A DNA stretch of 64,000 nt from Thermotogota bacterium. GTDB lineage: Bacteria > Bipolaricaulota > Bipolaricaulia > UBA7950 > UBA9294. Where the stretch lies: the NCBI GenBank assembly GCA_039679545.1, contig JBDKUT010000163.1:17997-81996 (forward strand), in the 5' to 3' direction. Below are positions 28,295 to 38,413 of this stretch, piece after piece. The position numbers and the translations under genes are program-made. Within the stretch, counting starts at the first letter, position 1. Every line of letters begins with the position of its first letter. The notes under the pieces were generated by a model that was not told the DNA's origin, ran no database searches, and saw nothing but the letters and a program-made list of their open reading frames with translations.

Positions 28295-29854
28295 ATGAGA
28301 ACCCGTTTTGCTTGTTGCCTTGTGGCGTTGCTCGGCGTCTCGGCGGTCTCCGCGATCGCCTCCACCCCCGCCGACACCTTGGTGGTCGGGGTTGTGGAGG
28401 AAGTCACGACGATGGATCCCGCTATCGACTACACGTTTGGAAGCGGACCGCTCTTCCGGGCCGCTTACGAAAGGCTCGTGACCTTCAACACGGCGTCCGG
28501 GAAGATCGAGCCGCAGCTGGCTCTCTCCTGGGACGTGTCGGACGACGGCCAGTTCTACACGTTCCACCTCCGCAAGGGCGTGACGTTCCACGACGGCGCG
28601 GCGTTCAACGCAGCGGCCGTAAAGACGGCCTACGACCGCGTCATGACGATCAACGAGGGTCCGGCGTGGATGCTGACCTCGTACGTCGCGGCAATCGATG
28701 TCGTGGATGACGCGACCGTCCGATTCACAATGAAGACGTACCCATTCGTCCCATTCCTGCGCGTGCTCAGCTCCTATTGGGGCATGTGCATCGCCAGCCC
28801 CACCGCCATCACCCAGAACGCGGGCGACGACATGGGGAAGACGTTCTTCCGAAATCACATCGTCGGAACCGGCCCGTACAAGCTCGTCGAGTGGGTCGAG
28901 GGCCAGCAGATGGTGTTTGAGCGCTTTGACGGGTACTGGGGCGGCTGGACCGGCAACCACGTGAACCGCATCGTGCTGCGGAAGATCCTCGACACGACGA
29001 CGATGGCCCTGCTCCTCGAGAGCGGCGACCTGGACATCGCGTACGGGATCCCGCTCGATGAGCTGACGAGCCTGAACGGCAAGCCCGGCGTCGTCATCGG
29101 CGTCCACGACACGTTCACGACGAACATGATCGCGATGAACACGACGAAGGGCCCGCTCGCCGACGTTCGCGTGCGCCGAGCGCTCTCCTACTCGTTCGAC
29201 TACGCGAGCGCGATGGAGGTCTTTGCCGGGTACACAACGCCCCTCATTGGCCAGATTCCGGCCGGCATGCCGGGTCACGACGACAGCCTGCCGCACTACG
29301 TCTTCGACCTCGACGTGGCGAAGCAGCTGCTCGCCGAAGCAGGGTACGCGAAGGGGCTTTCGCTCGAGTACACCTGGGTCACGGAAGAGCCGGAGGGACG
29401 CCGGGTCGGCGTTCTGTGGCAGGACACGCTACGGAAGATCGGCGTCGATTTGAAGGTCACCGAAGTCACGGTCGCCGGACACTGGGACCGAGTCTCGAAC
29501 ATCGAGACGATGCCGGATCTCGCCAACTACCGGTGGGGCATCGACTACCCAGACCCGTCGTCCGTCCTGGTGCCGCTCTACCACGGCGACAACGCGCCCC
29601 CGGCGGGCTACAACCTCTCGCGGCTCGCGGATCCGCGGGTCAACGCCATCCTCGACGCATCGGGGAAGGAACCCGATGAGACGAAGAGACTCCAACTCCT
29701 GGCGGAGGCCCAGTCGCTCCTGCTGACCGGTGCTTCCAACATCTGGATCACGGCGGTTCCGGTCACGGTCTGCATGCGCAGCAACGTGCAGGGCTACGTT
29801 TTTGAACCGGCCGCGTTCTCATCGTTCAACTTCTACGACATCTACAAGAAGTAG
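28295..29854 (+). CDS. ABC transporter substrate-binding protein, family 5
   Basis: Signal peptide; SBP_bac_5 pattern; GGGAGG RBS. Confidence 0.9.
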   Translation: MRTRFACCLVALLGVSAVSAIASTPADTLVVGVVEEVTTMDPAIDYTFGSGPLFRAAYERLVTFNTASGKIEPQLALSWDVSDDGQFYTFHLRKGVTFHDGAAFNAAAVKTAYDRVMTINEGPAWMLTSYVAAIDVVDDATVRFTMKTYPFVPFLRVLSSYWGMCIASPTAITQNAGDDMGKTFFRNHIVGTGPYKLVEWVEGQQMVFERFDGYWGGWTGNHVNRIVLRKILDTTTMALLLESGDLDIAYGIPLDELTSLNGKPGVVIGVHDTFTTNMIAMNTTKGPLADVRVRRALSYSFDYASAMEVFAGYTTPLIGQIPAGMPGHDDSLPHYVFDLDVAKQLLAEAGYAKGLSLEYTWVTEEPEGRRVGVLWQDTLRKIGVDLKVTEVTVAGHWDRVSNIETMPDLANYRWGIDYPDPSSVLVPLYHGDNAPPAGYNLSRLADPRVNAILDASGKEPDETKRLQLLAEAQSLLLTGASNIWITAVPVTVCMRSNVQGYVFEPAAFSSFNFYDIYKK

Positions 29855-29923
29855 GATTCGGCTCTCAGATGGGGGAGTTCCTCCGATGAGGAGAGGGCTC
29901 CCCCCTTGCTGGATCGGCAGGTC

Positions 29924-30928
29924 ATGGTTCGCTACATCGTGAAGCGGTTGGCGCTCTTGACCATCACGCTCCTGGGCGTGTTGACGCTGACCTTCTTTGT
30001 CTCGCACGTCGTTCCCGGAGATCCGGCGCGCCTCGCGGCGGGCGTACGCGCCAGGCCCGAACAGGTCGAAGCACTCCGAACAAGGCTCGGCCTCGACCGC
30101 CCGCTGTGGCAGCAGTACGGCCACTACATCGCTGGCGTGGTTCGGGGGGACCTCGGAGAGTCGATCCGGACGCGCCGTCCGGTCTCCGCCGACCTGGCCG
30201 AGTACTTCCCGGCCACGGTCGAACTCACCGCATTCGCCATGATCCTCTGTCTTCTCATCGGGATTCCACTCGGAATCGTCTCGGCCGTCAAGCGAGAGTC
30301 GGTCATCGACCACGTCTCCCGCGTCGCGTCGACGGCGGCCGTGTCCATGCCCACGTTCTGGCTCGGCCTGCTCTTGCAGCTCCTCTTCTTCCGTTGGCTC
30401 CAGATTCTCCCGGCGACGGGGCGCCTCGGCTTCTACCTCTCGCCGCCCGCCCACGCGACGGGGCTGTACGTGCTCGACAGCCTGTTCTCGGGGAACTGGA
30501 CCGCGCTCGGAGACAGCCTCGTCCACCTCATTCTCCCAGCCACGGCGCTCGCGGCGAGTTCCATGGCCGTGATCACGCGCATGACGCGATCGAGCCTCCT
30601 CGAGATCCTCTCCCTTGACTACGTCCGAACGGCTCGTTCGAAGGGACTGGCCGAGAAGGTCGTCATCCTCAAGCACGCACTTCGCAACGCGCTCTTGCCG
30701 AGTCTCACCGTCATCGGCCTGCAGGTTGGCGTGCTCCTGGCCGGAGCCGTGCTGATCGAAGTGGTCTTCAGCTGGCCCGGGATCGGGTTGTACGCCGTCC
30801 AATCCATCACGTTCGTCGACTTCCAGGCAATCCTCGGCGTCACCCTGATCACGGCGATCGTCTACTCCGGGGTCAACCTGATCGTCGACGTCTTGTACGG
30901 GGTCATCGACCCACGAATTCACTACTAG
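29924..30928 (+). CDS. ABC transporter permease (DppB/OppB-like)
   Basis: Start at MVRYIVKRL by analogy to paralog MAYVIYVLKR. Confidence 0.9.
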   Translation: MVRYIVKRLALLTITLLGVLTLTFFVSHVVPGDPARLAAGVRARPEQVEALRTRLGLDRPLWQQYGHYIAGVVRGDLGESIRTRRPVSADLAEYFPATVELTAFAMILCLLIGIPLGIVSAVKRESVIDHVSRVASTAAVSMPTFWLGLLLQLLFFRWLQILPATGRLGFYLSPPAHATGLYVLDSLFSGNWTALGDSLVHLILPATALAASSMAVITRMTRSSLLEILSLDYVRTARSKGLAEKVVILKHALRNALLPSLTVIGLQVGVLLAGAVLIEVVFSWPGIGLYAVQSITFVDFQAILGVTLITAIVYSGVNLIVDVLYGVIDPRIHY

Positions 30929-30940
30929 GAGAACGGGGAC

Positions 30941-31792
30941 ATGAAGGCATTCTGGGAGAAGCTCGGACGATGGATCGCGGTGAGGCCGCTCGCCGCCGCC
31001 GGAGCGGCGACCCTGCTCGCCATCCTGCTTCTCGCGCTCCTCGCACCGGTGCTCCCGCTTCAGGACCCTCAGTCCGTGAACATGCACGACAAGCTCCTTC
31101 CGCCGTCGGCGGCGCACCCGATGGGGACCGACGACCTCGGCCGCGACATCCTCAGTCGCGTCGTGAACGGTGCGCGGACCTCGCTCTTGGTGAGCGTTGT
31201 GGTCGTCGCCTGTGCCTCCGTGTTCGGCATGGGCGTCGGCCTGACGGCGGGCTACTTCGGTGGAATGGCGGACGAACTCATGATGCGGACGACGGACATC
31301 TTTCTCGCGTTCCCCGGACTCATCCTCGCCATGGCCGTCGCCGTCGTCCTCGGCCCCGGCGTCGTTCCGACGATCGTCGCTCTGTCCATCGTCTGGTGGC
31401 CGTGGTACGCCCGGCTGGCTCGATCGGAGGCGCTGATGCACAAGCAGGCGGACTTCGTGGAGGCGGCCCGAGCAACGGGCGTCCCGACGTGGAGGATCCT
31501 CCGTTCCCACATCCTTCCGAACTCGCTGTCGCCGCTCATCGTTCAGGCGACGCTCGACATGGGGTACGCGATCCTGACGACGGCGTCGCTGAGCTTTATC
31601 GGATTGGGCGTGCAGGAGCCGACCGCGGAATGGGGCGCCATGCTCAACATCGGCCGAAAGTACCTTCTCTCCGCATGGTGGTTCATCACGTTCCCGGGTC
31701 TCGCCATCTTCATCACGGTTCTGGCGATCAACCTCGCCGGAGACGGCCTTCGAGACTACCTCGACCCGAGAACGAGGAAACGGGGCGCCTGA
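30941..31792 (+). CDS. ABC transporter permease (DppC/OppC-like)
   Basis: 6-TM permease; AGGAGAACGGGGAC ATG. Confidence 0.9.
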   Translation: MKAFWEKLGRWIAVRPLAAAGAATLLAILLLALLAPVLPLQDPQSVNMHDKLLPPSAAHPMGTDDLGRDILSRVVNGARTSLLVSVVVVACASVFGMGVGLTAGYFGGMADELMMRTTDIFLAFPGLILAMAVAVVLGPGVVPTIVALSIVWWPWYARLARSEALMHKQADFVEAARATGVPTWRILRSHILPNSLSPLIVQATLDMGYAILTTASLSFIGLGVQEPTAEWGAMLNIGRKYLLSAWWFITFPGLAIFITVLAINLAGDGLRDYLDPRTRKRGA

Positions 31793-31837
31793 CCCGCTTC
31801 GGGGCGGGCGCCCCACGTTAAAACAAAGGAGTACGAC

Positions 31838-33292
31838 ATGATGGACGGTTACCTGGCGCAACGTAAGAGGATGCAGATCTCGCAGGTCGAGATCGATCGG
31901 CGCATCGCGGAAGCCCCATTCGGACCTGCCTCGAAGGAGTGGGCGAGCCGCTGGCTCTCCGCCGAATCGTGGGGGCAGGTCGGCCTCGCGCTGTTCGACC
32001 TTCCGCCGATCGTCGAACGCGCGGAGAACGACCTCTTGATCGACGCCGACGGCAAAGAGTACGTTGACCTCTTGGCGGGATTCTCGGTTTCCTCGCTCGG
32101 GCAGTGCAACGAGGAGATCGCCCAGGTCATCCGCAACCAGGTCGGGAAGCTCGTCCACTACTTCGATCTACCCCACCCCGAGCGGATCAAGCTCGCCGAG
32201 CGCCTGAAGGAGATCTCGCCGATCGCCGGGAGTGACTCGCGCGTCTTATTCGGCGTCACCGGAGCGGACGCCATCGAGTTGTCGGTTCGCGCGGCGCGGT
32301 TCTACACCGGGCGACCTCTCATCCTGACCGCCTTCGGCGACTACCACGGCGTCACGTACAGCACGATGGCCCTGACGGGCAAGGGCGGCATGTGGGCGTA
32401 CTTCTACCCGGTGCTTCCGCACTGCGAAGGCATCGGGTACTTCCCGTTCCCGTATCCATACCAGTCGCCGTTTGGACGCCCGCCGGCCGGCGAAGACGAC
32501 CAGGCCTGGTGCCTCGACCGACTGCGCGACTACTTCGAGTACTACTTCAAGAGCAAAGAATCCCCCTACCGTGAAGTGAAGAGCGGAATCACCAACGTCG
32601 CCGCGTTCGTCGTCGAGCCATTTCAGAGTTCCGCCGGGTACATTCTCCCCTCCGCCGGCTACCTGAAACTCCTGCGGCGCTTGGCAGACGAGTACGGAAT
32701 CCTCCTGATCATCGACGAGATCCAGACAGGACTCGGGCGCACCGGGAAGCTCTGGGCCACCGACTGGGAGGACGTAAAACCTGACATGCTCGTCACGTCG
32801 AAGGCTCTCGGAGGTGGCCTGCCGCTCTCGGCCGTCGTGGCGCGCGCCGAGATCCTCGAGGCGTGGGGACCCGGAGCCCACGTCTCAACGCAGGCGGGCA
32901 ATGTCCTCGCTTGTGCTGCCGGGAACAAGGCCCTCGATCTCCTCACAGCGGACGGCTTCCTCGACAAGGTCCGAGCCCACGGTGCGTACTTCGAGGCCGA
33001 ACTCGCGACGCTCGCGAAGAAGCATCCTCTGATTGGCCACATCAATGCCCGCGGCATGTACATCGGACTCGAGCTCGTCCGAAACCGAGACACGCGAGAA
33101 CCCGCGCCGGATGAAGCCAGCTTCATTCTCAAGGAGTGCGTCCGCGAGGGGATGGTGTTCGAGAAGGGCGGGTACTTCCACAACCGATTCCAGCTCATCC
33201 CGCCGCTCACGATTCGTCGATCGACCATCGACCGGGCCCTCGGGATCTTCGACCGTGCGTTCGCGGCGGCAGAAAGGAAGTTCGGCCGCTGA
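31838..33292 (+). CDS. Class-III pyridoxal-phosphate-dependent aminotransferase
   Basis: DEIQTGLGRTGKLWA and TSKALGGG(L) (Schiff-base Lys) motifs; AAAGGAG RBS. Confidence 0.9.
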   Translation: MMDGYLAQRKRMQISQVEIDRRIAEAPFGPASKEWASRWLSAESWGQVGLALFDLPPIVERAENDLLIDADGKEYVDLLAGFSVSSLGQCNEEIAQVIRNQVGKLVHYFDLPHPERIKLAERLKEISPIAGSDSRVLFGVTGADAIELSVRAARFYTGRPLILTAFGDYHGVTYSTMALTGKGGMWAYFYPVLPHCEGIGYFPFPYPYQSPFGRPPAGEDDQAWCLDRLRDYFEYYFKSKESPYREVKSGITNVAAFVVEPFQSSAGYILPSAGYLKLLRRLADEYGILLIIDEIQTGLGRTGKLWATDWEDVKPDMLVTSKALGGGLPLSAVVARAEILEAWGPGAHVSTQAGNVLACAAGNKALDLLTADGFLDKVRAHGAYFEAELATLAKKHPLIGHINARGMYIGLELVRNRDTREPAPDEASFILKECVREGMVFEKGGYFHNRFQLIPPLTIRRSTIDRALGIFDRAFAAAERKFGR

Positions 33293-33304
33293 GGCGGGCC
33301 AGTC

Positions 33305-34255
33305 ATGAGCCAACCAGCCAGAGTGTCCGTGCTCGGGTCGATCAATGCTGACCTCGTTGCGCGTGTGGTTTCGCTGCCGCGGCCGGGAGAGACGGTCCTG
33401 AGCAGCTCGTTGTCGCACTATTCGGGAGGCAAGGGGGCGAACCAGGCGGTCGCCGCTGCGCGGATGTCGGCCCGCGTCACGTTCTACGGGAAGACGGGGG
33501 CCGACTCCGCGGGAGACCAACTTCTCGCCGGGCTCCGCACCGAGGGGATCGGCACAAAGCAGATCCAACGGATGAACGGGGTCGAGACGGGGATGGCACT
33601 CATTCTCGTCAGCGACGCAGGCGAGAACACGATCGTCGTCGTTGCGGGTGCCAACGATCACGTCGACGCGGAATACGTCGACGCGGTCATCACCGACGTC
33701 GGCTTTGCCGACACGCTTCTGCTTCAGTTCGAGGTTCCGCCCGAGGCGATCCGCCGTCTGCTCGATCGCCTCCCGCCGAATCGCCCAAAGGTGATCGTCG
33801 ATCCCGCTCCCGCGCGGGACGTTACCGACCTTCCGCTCGCCCGGATCGACGTCATGACCCCGAACCGAACTGAGTTGGCTGCGCTGACGGGCGTAGACGA
33901 CATCGAGACCGGCGGTCGACGCCTGCTCGATCGAGGCGTCAAGTGCGTCATCTGTACGTGCGGATCAGACGGCAGCTACCTCATCGAGAACAGGGGAACG
34001 ACCCACTTTCCAGCGTTCCCGGTGCACGCCGTCGACACGACGGCGGCGGGCGACGCGTTCGCGGGCGCCTTGGCCGTCTTCCTCTCCAGCGGGGACTCGA
34101 TCGCTGTCGCAATCCGCGCAGCAAACGCCGCGGCGGCGCTTTCGACCACACGCCCTGGCGCTCAACCGTCGTTGCCAACGCGGCGGGAGGTGGACCAATT
34201 CCTACAGGCCCACCCCGGCCACGGCATCCCCTCGTTTGCTCCGTTTCGCGGCTGA
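33305..34255 (+). CDS. pfkB-family carbohydrate kinase (ribokinase-like)
   Basis: [14 protein letters not shown] and [13 protein letters not shown] motifs. Confidence 0.9.
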   Translation: MSQPARVSVLGSINADLVARVVSLPRPGETVLSSSLSHYSGGKGANQAVAAARMSARVTFYGKTGADSAGDQLLAGLRTEGIGTKQIQRMNGVETGMALILVSDAGENTIVVVAGANDHVDAEYVDAVITDVGFADTLLLQFEVPPEAIRRLLDRLPPNRPKVIVDPAPARDVTDLPLARIDVMTPNRTELAALTGVDDIETGGRRLLDRGVKCVICTCGSDGSYLIENRGTTHFPAFPVHAVDTTAAGDAFAGALAVFLSSGDSIAVAIRAANAAAALSTTRPGAQPSLPTRREVDQFLQAHPGHGIPSFAPFRG

Positions 34256-34269
34256 TGCGGCGAGGGCGC

Positions 34270-34881
34270 TCAGTTTCCTGAAGCGGTGATCGATGGTTCG
34301 ATGAGTTCTTGCATGCCGCCGCATCCTCCCTGGCTGATCGGAGTCGAGCAAAGGCTACGATAGCACGAGCCTTCGGTCGTCAGGCCGTAAGCGGCCGGGT
34401 CGATGCCCCGCGCCACCATCTCCGCGGCAACATAGTAGTCCCAGCGAGCGAAGTGGAACCACTGGAGAACGCTTTCACGGACCTGGTCAATCGTGAAGTT
34501 GAGGTCGAGGAGGAGGTGTGCGGCAAGCCCCTTGCCGCTTCGGATGATATTGCACGCCTGGCCCTCTTCCGTCTCGCAGCAGCAATGGAACGTCATATTG
34601 TCGTCACAGCACGGAGCGACAAGCGCCGACAGCGCCTCGACGTATCGCGGGTCCGTTTCCGCGGCCGGAACCAGCGAGTACCACCAGCCGATGAAAAGCG
34701 GGAGGGACTCCCGGGACAGCGGAATCCCGTACTCCGTGGCAGTTCCGAGTGCCGGAACGATCTCCGACTTGATCGCCTCAACAAGATCTCCATCCGCCAG
34801 CACCGCGATTCCTGCGGCGCTCACCAAGAGCAGGCCGACCGCCGTCACACGCCAGCAACGCATTGCCTTCTCGCTTCTCAT
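34270..34881 (-). CDS. Membrane-anchored/secreted hypothetical protein with dense Cys cluster (APCCDDNMTFHCCCETEEGQAC)
   Basis: Hydrophobic N-terminus (start uncertain: 34881 or 34863 or 34923); no family recognised. Confidence 0.5.
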   Translation of the reverse strand: MRSEKAMRCWRVTAVGLLLVSAAGIAVLADGDLVEAIKSEIVPALGTATEYGIPLSRESLPLFIGWWYSLVPAAETDPRYVEALSALVAPCCDDNMTFHCCCETEEGQACNIIRSGKGLAAHLLLDLNFTIDQVRESVLQWFHFARWDYYVAAEMVARGIDPAAYGLTTEGSCYRSLCSTPISQGGCGGMQELIEPSITASGN

Positions 34882-35013
34882 CCTCAAGATCCGTCTCCAT
34901 CTATATTGGACCATGATATCCATATTCGTGGAGGCGACGTGTCGAGAATGTGGACTCTATCTGAAGAGAATCACCGTGCCTTGTGAAACGGGATCAGCCG
35001 ACTCCCGTCAGGG

Positions 35014-35772
35014 TCAGGAAGCGGGCGGATGGAGCACAGCTTCCGACTGCGCCGAGAGCCAGCCGCAGAACCGATCCAGGCGCTCCGCGGCCTCGGAGAG
35101 GATCGTCCTCCCCTTCTCCTCGTCGGCCAGCGATGGGTCTCCGACGTTGCCGAGGTCAGAGAACTCAGCGGCGTCAAACGCGACTTGCACCCCTTCGACG
35201 AACCTTCCCCACGGCGCGCAAGCGCCGCGATCGGCGCTCGCATCGCCCATACGCTCCGTGCGGACGGATTCGGGGTCGATGACAAGCATCGCGCTCGTCT
35301 CGACCGCACCTCCGTGCGCGTCGGTCTTCGGGAAGAGCACGGCAAGCGTCTCTGGGACGGCCAGCCACCAGTTGAACGTGAACGCGTAGACGGACTCCTC
35401 GCGCAGACGGAGGACGGCCTCGGCCAGGGGTGCTGCATTCGAGCCGTGGCCGTTCACGAAGACCAGCCGGCGAATCCCGTGTGCACCGAGCGACCGGCCG
35501 CAGGAGATCGCGAGGTCGCGAAGTTGGTCCGGAGACACGGAGAGGGTGCCGGGGAACTGCCGGTGTTCGTGGGAGACGCCCACAGTCAGAGCCGGAAGAA
35601 GGAGGCGATCGCCTCGGCCCGCCACAGCGCGCCCGAGGTACGAGGCAATTGCGGCATCGGTACCGAGCGGCAGGGCGGGGCCGTGCTGTTCAACGGCGCC
35701 GACCGGAAGGAGAGCCACGCAATCAGCGGGAAGATCAGCGATCTCCTCCCACGTCATCCTGACGAGTTCCAT
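35014..35772 (-). CDS. Creatininase-family amidohydrolase (creatinine amidohydrolase / MftE-like fold)
   Basis: LPVGAVEQHGPALPLGTD and VNGHGSN motifs; AGGAGG RBS 6 nt before ATG. Confidence 0.85.
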   Translation of the reverse strand: MELVRMTWEEIADLPADCVALLPVGAVEQHGPALPLGTDAAIASYLGRAVAGRGDRLLLPALTVGVSHEHRQFPGTLSVSPDQLRDLAISCGRSLGAHGIRRLVFVNGHGSNAAPLAEAVLRLREESVYAFTFNWWLAVPETLAVLFPKTDAHGGAVETSAMLVIDPESVRTERMGDASADRGACAPWGRFVEGVQVAFDAAEFSDLGNVGDPSLADEEKGRTILSEAAERLDRFCGWLSAQSEAVLHPPAS

Positions 35773-35917
35773 TGGATTCCTCCTGAGCAGCCGTCGGCCA
35801 TGATAGCTTTCCCACGACCGCGTGGAAAGCGGTGCCACGGTCCGTGACCGCGGGTTCGCAACCCGGTAGTATCGACCGGTTCGTTGCCGCGCAGAGTCAT
35901 CGAGTGAGGGGGCTGGG

Positions 35918-36790
35918 ATGTCGACGTGGGCGATTCCCCTGGCCGTGGGTGCCGCCGCGGCGTGGGCGTTGGGGATGACGACGGCGAAGCCGGCCCTGCG
36001 GTCGTGGGACGGGCTGTCGTACCTTCTTGGACGCTGGGTTCTGGTTGCGCTGCTCGCACTCCTCTACGCCGGGATCAGCGGACGACTCGCATTCCCGGGG
36101 TGGAAACCCGCGGCCATGGCATCTCTCGCCGGCATTCTCGACGCCGCCGCCGGCGGGATCCTCTATGTCACGGCCCTCGAGCGAACGTCGGCGTACCGGG
36201 CGACGACCCTCTCCAACACAGCGCCCTTCTGGGGTGTCCTTGCCTCCGTCTTGTTCCTTGGCGAGCCGCTGCGGTGGGGCGTCGTCGTGGCAGCGGGGTT
36301 GGTGGTTATCGGCGCGTGGTTCCTGACGGAGCGGGACATCGTGAGCGGGAGGCCGTCGGATCCGTTCGGAACCTTCCTGGCCCTCTCGGCGGGGATCCTC
36401 TGGGGATTCGCCGAAACCGTCCCGTCGAAGCTCGCCCTGGAAGGAGGCCTTTCCCCGTCGGCGCTGCTCTTCGTCTTCGCCGTCGCCGGCGTCCTCGGCC
36501 TGCTCGCGCTCATGCCGCTCCTGCGGCGTCGTGTCCCACGCCGGGCTGATCGCCGCGGGCTCCGCTTCGTACTGCTTTCCGCCGTCGGCGGCGCGTTCCT
36601 CGGATGGATTCTCTGGCTCGTCGCTCTCACCCAGGCGCCGGCCAGCGTCCTCTCCCCGGTGCGCGGCGCGACGATGATCTTCGCGTTCGCGTACTCCGTT
36701 GTGTTCCTGCGCGAGCGGCCGACACGCCGAGCGATGGCCGGGCTCGCGTTCGCCGTGGCCGGCGTGTTCCTCGTCGTGTTCGCCGTCTAG
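35918..36790 (+). CDS. EamA/DMT-superfamily transporter
   Basis: 10 predicted TM helices, two EamA-like halves. Confidence 0.85.
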   Translation: MSTWAIPLAVGAAAAWALGMTTAKPALRSWDGLSYLLGRWVLVALLALLYAGISGRLAFPGWKPAAMASLAGILDAAAGGILYVTALERTSAYRATTLSNTAPFWGVLASVLFLGEPLRWGVVVAAGLVVIGAWFLTERDIVSGRPSDPFGTFLALSAGILWGFAETVPSKLALEGGLSPSALLFVFAVAGVLGLLALMPLLRRRVPRRADRRGLRFVLLSAVGGAFLGWILWLVALTQAPASVLSPVRGATMIFAFAYSVVFLRERPTRRAMAGLAFAVAGVFLVVFAV

Positions 36791-37356
36791 GACGAGCGGC
36801 CCGCGGCGATCTGCCGCCCCAGCAAGAACGCCTCCTCGAGCCGCTCGGGAGTCTCGAGGATCGGGATGTCGCGGTCGGCCTCAGGATCGTAGGTCTGGCA
36901 GACGATCGAATGGCATCGACTCCCAAAGGCACGGGTGATCCGGTTCAGCCACTCGACCATCGACCCGTAGTAGTGGCGGTACCCGATGAGGAGAACGAAA
37001 TCCTTCCCTCCGAAGTATGTCGGAGACACGACCGACTCCAGCCGGTCGAAGAGCGTCTTCAGCTGCGACGTCATGTACCCCCAGAACATCGGCGTAGCGA
37101 CGACGACGACGTTGGCCTCCCGCAACGCGGGATACACGGCCTGCATGTCGTCCTGCACGATGCACCCCGCCGTACCGCCGTCGCCGCCGCACGCCATGCA
37201 TGCGGCTCCCCGGCAATGAGCGATGTTCATGTCAATCGCATGGAAGTGGCAGACCTCGTGGCAACCTTCTTCGGCCATCCCCGCCAGAAAGCGTTCGGCC
37301 AGAGTGTCCGTATCCCCACCCTTGCGGGCGCTGCCATACAGAACCAGAACCTTCAC
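36787..37356 (-). CDS. Flavodoxin-like NAD(P)H-dependent FMN reductase with compact Cys motif (iron-sulfur flavoprotein-like)
   Basis: MKVLVLYGSARKGGDT flavodoxin-like start; HCRGAACMACGGDGGTAGC cysteine cluster. Confidence 0.75.
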   Translation of the reverse strand: MKVLVLYGSARKGGDTDTLAERFLAGMAEEGCHEVCHFHAIDMNIAHCRGAACMACGGDGGTAGCIVQDDMQAVYPALREANVVVVATPMFWGYMTSQLKTLFDRLESVVSPTYFGGKDFVLLIGYRHYYGSMVEWLNRITRAFGSRCHSIVCQTYDPEADRDIPILETPERLEEAFLLGRQIAAGRSS

Positions 37357-37511
37357 GCGTCCTCCTTCTCGACGGCGCCTCTGCCCAAAGTGGCGGCTTG
37401 ACGTCTCGACAGCGTCCCTCCGCCCCGCGGCCCTGGTGCCGCTTGGCGATCCTTCGAGAGCGCGATATCGTACGCGATGGGAGCATACGGGAGTCCAACA
37501 AGGAGGGGCAC

Positions 37512-37763
37512 ATGCATGGGTTCCTGTCGTTTCGGAAGTTCTTCACGCCCGAGCTGATCCACGTTCTTTTCTGGATCGGCATCGGGGTTTGCGTCCTCAG
37601 GGGGATCACAATGATGGCGACGGCCAGCGTCTACCACCAGGCGATGGGAATCGTGGACGGCCTCATCATCCTCTTCGTCGGCCCCGTCATCGTCCGCGTC
37701 GTCTGCGAGATCCTGATGGCTGTGTTTCAGATGCACGAGTCGATCACCCGAGACCGCGTGTAG
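37512..37763 (+). CDS. DUF4282-like small membrane protein (83 aa)
   Basis: MHGFLSFRKFFTPELIHVLFWIGIG...; AGGAGGGG RBS. Confidence 0.6.
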   Translation: MHGFLSFRKFFTPELIHVLFWIGIGVCVLRGITMMATASVYHQAMGIVDGLIILFVGPVIVRVVCEILMAVFQMHESITRDRV

Positions 37764-37771
37764 GAGAGCCG

Positions 37772-38374
37772 ATGTCGAAGAAGAACTACGACGCCCTTCG
37801 CCAGGTCATTGAAGCGCGAAGGACCGTGCGCCGGTATACGGACGCTCCGGTTCCGGAGGAGGACGTGCGACGAATCCTCGATGCGGCCCGCTACGCGCCC
37901 AGTTCGGGGAACGAGCAGCCGTGGAAGTTCCTCGTCGTGCGCGATCGAAAACGGATGGACGAGCTGCGCGACGTCGCGGTGCGGATCACGCTCGACTACT
38001 GCCACACAAAGCTCGGGATGAACGCGGAGCAGATCGAGGAACAACGGAAGACGCAGACGGAGTACGTCGCCGGTTGCCTCTCCGCCCCCGTGCTCGTCAC
38101 GATTCTCGTCGACAAGGAAGCGAAGTGGGCCAGCTACAGCCGGCATGACGGAGCGCTGGCGGCGGCCAACCTGATGCTCGCGGCCCGCGCGCTGGGTTAC
38201 GGCACGATTTACGGAACCGACGGCGTGCCCGAGGCTGCCGTCCGTGAGGTATTCTCGATCCCCGAGCGGTACGAGTTCGTGATCCTCACGCCGATCGGTG
38301 TTCCCGAAAGCTGGCCCAAGGCGCCGGAGCGGAAGGACCTCGAGTCGTTCCTCGTCTACGAGCGTTTCGAGTAA
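37772..38374 (+). CDS. Nitroreductase family protein
   Basis: RRTVRRYTD...PSSGNEQPWKF signature; GGAGAG RBS. Confidence 0.85.
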   Translation: MSKKNYDALRQVIEARRTVRRYTDAPVPEEDVRRILDAARYAPSSGNEQPWKFLVVRDRKRMDELRDVAVRITLDYCHTKLGMNAEQIEEQRKTQTEYVAGCLSAPVLVTILVDKEAKWASYSRHDGALAAANLMLAARALGYGTIYGTDGVPEAAVREVFSIPERYEFVILTPIGVPESWPKAPERKDLESFLVYERFE

Positions 38375-38413
38375 TGGCCCCATGGCCCATACGTCGAACG
38401 AAGGGGGGACTGG

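Noticed and set aside
29819-32158. 779-aa minus ORF
   Set aside because: Antisense across the SBP/permease/aminotransferase operon. Asp/Arg/Glu low complexity.
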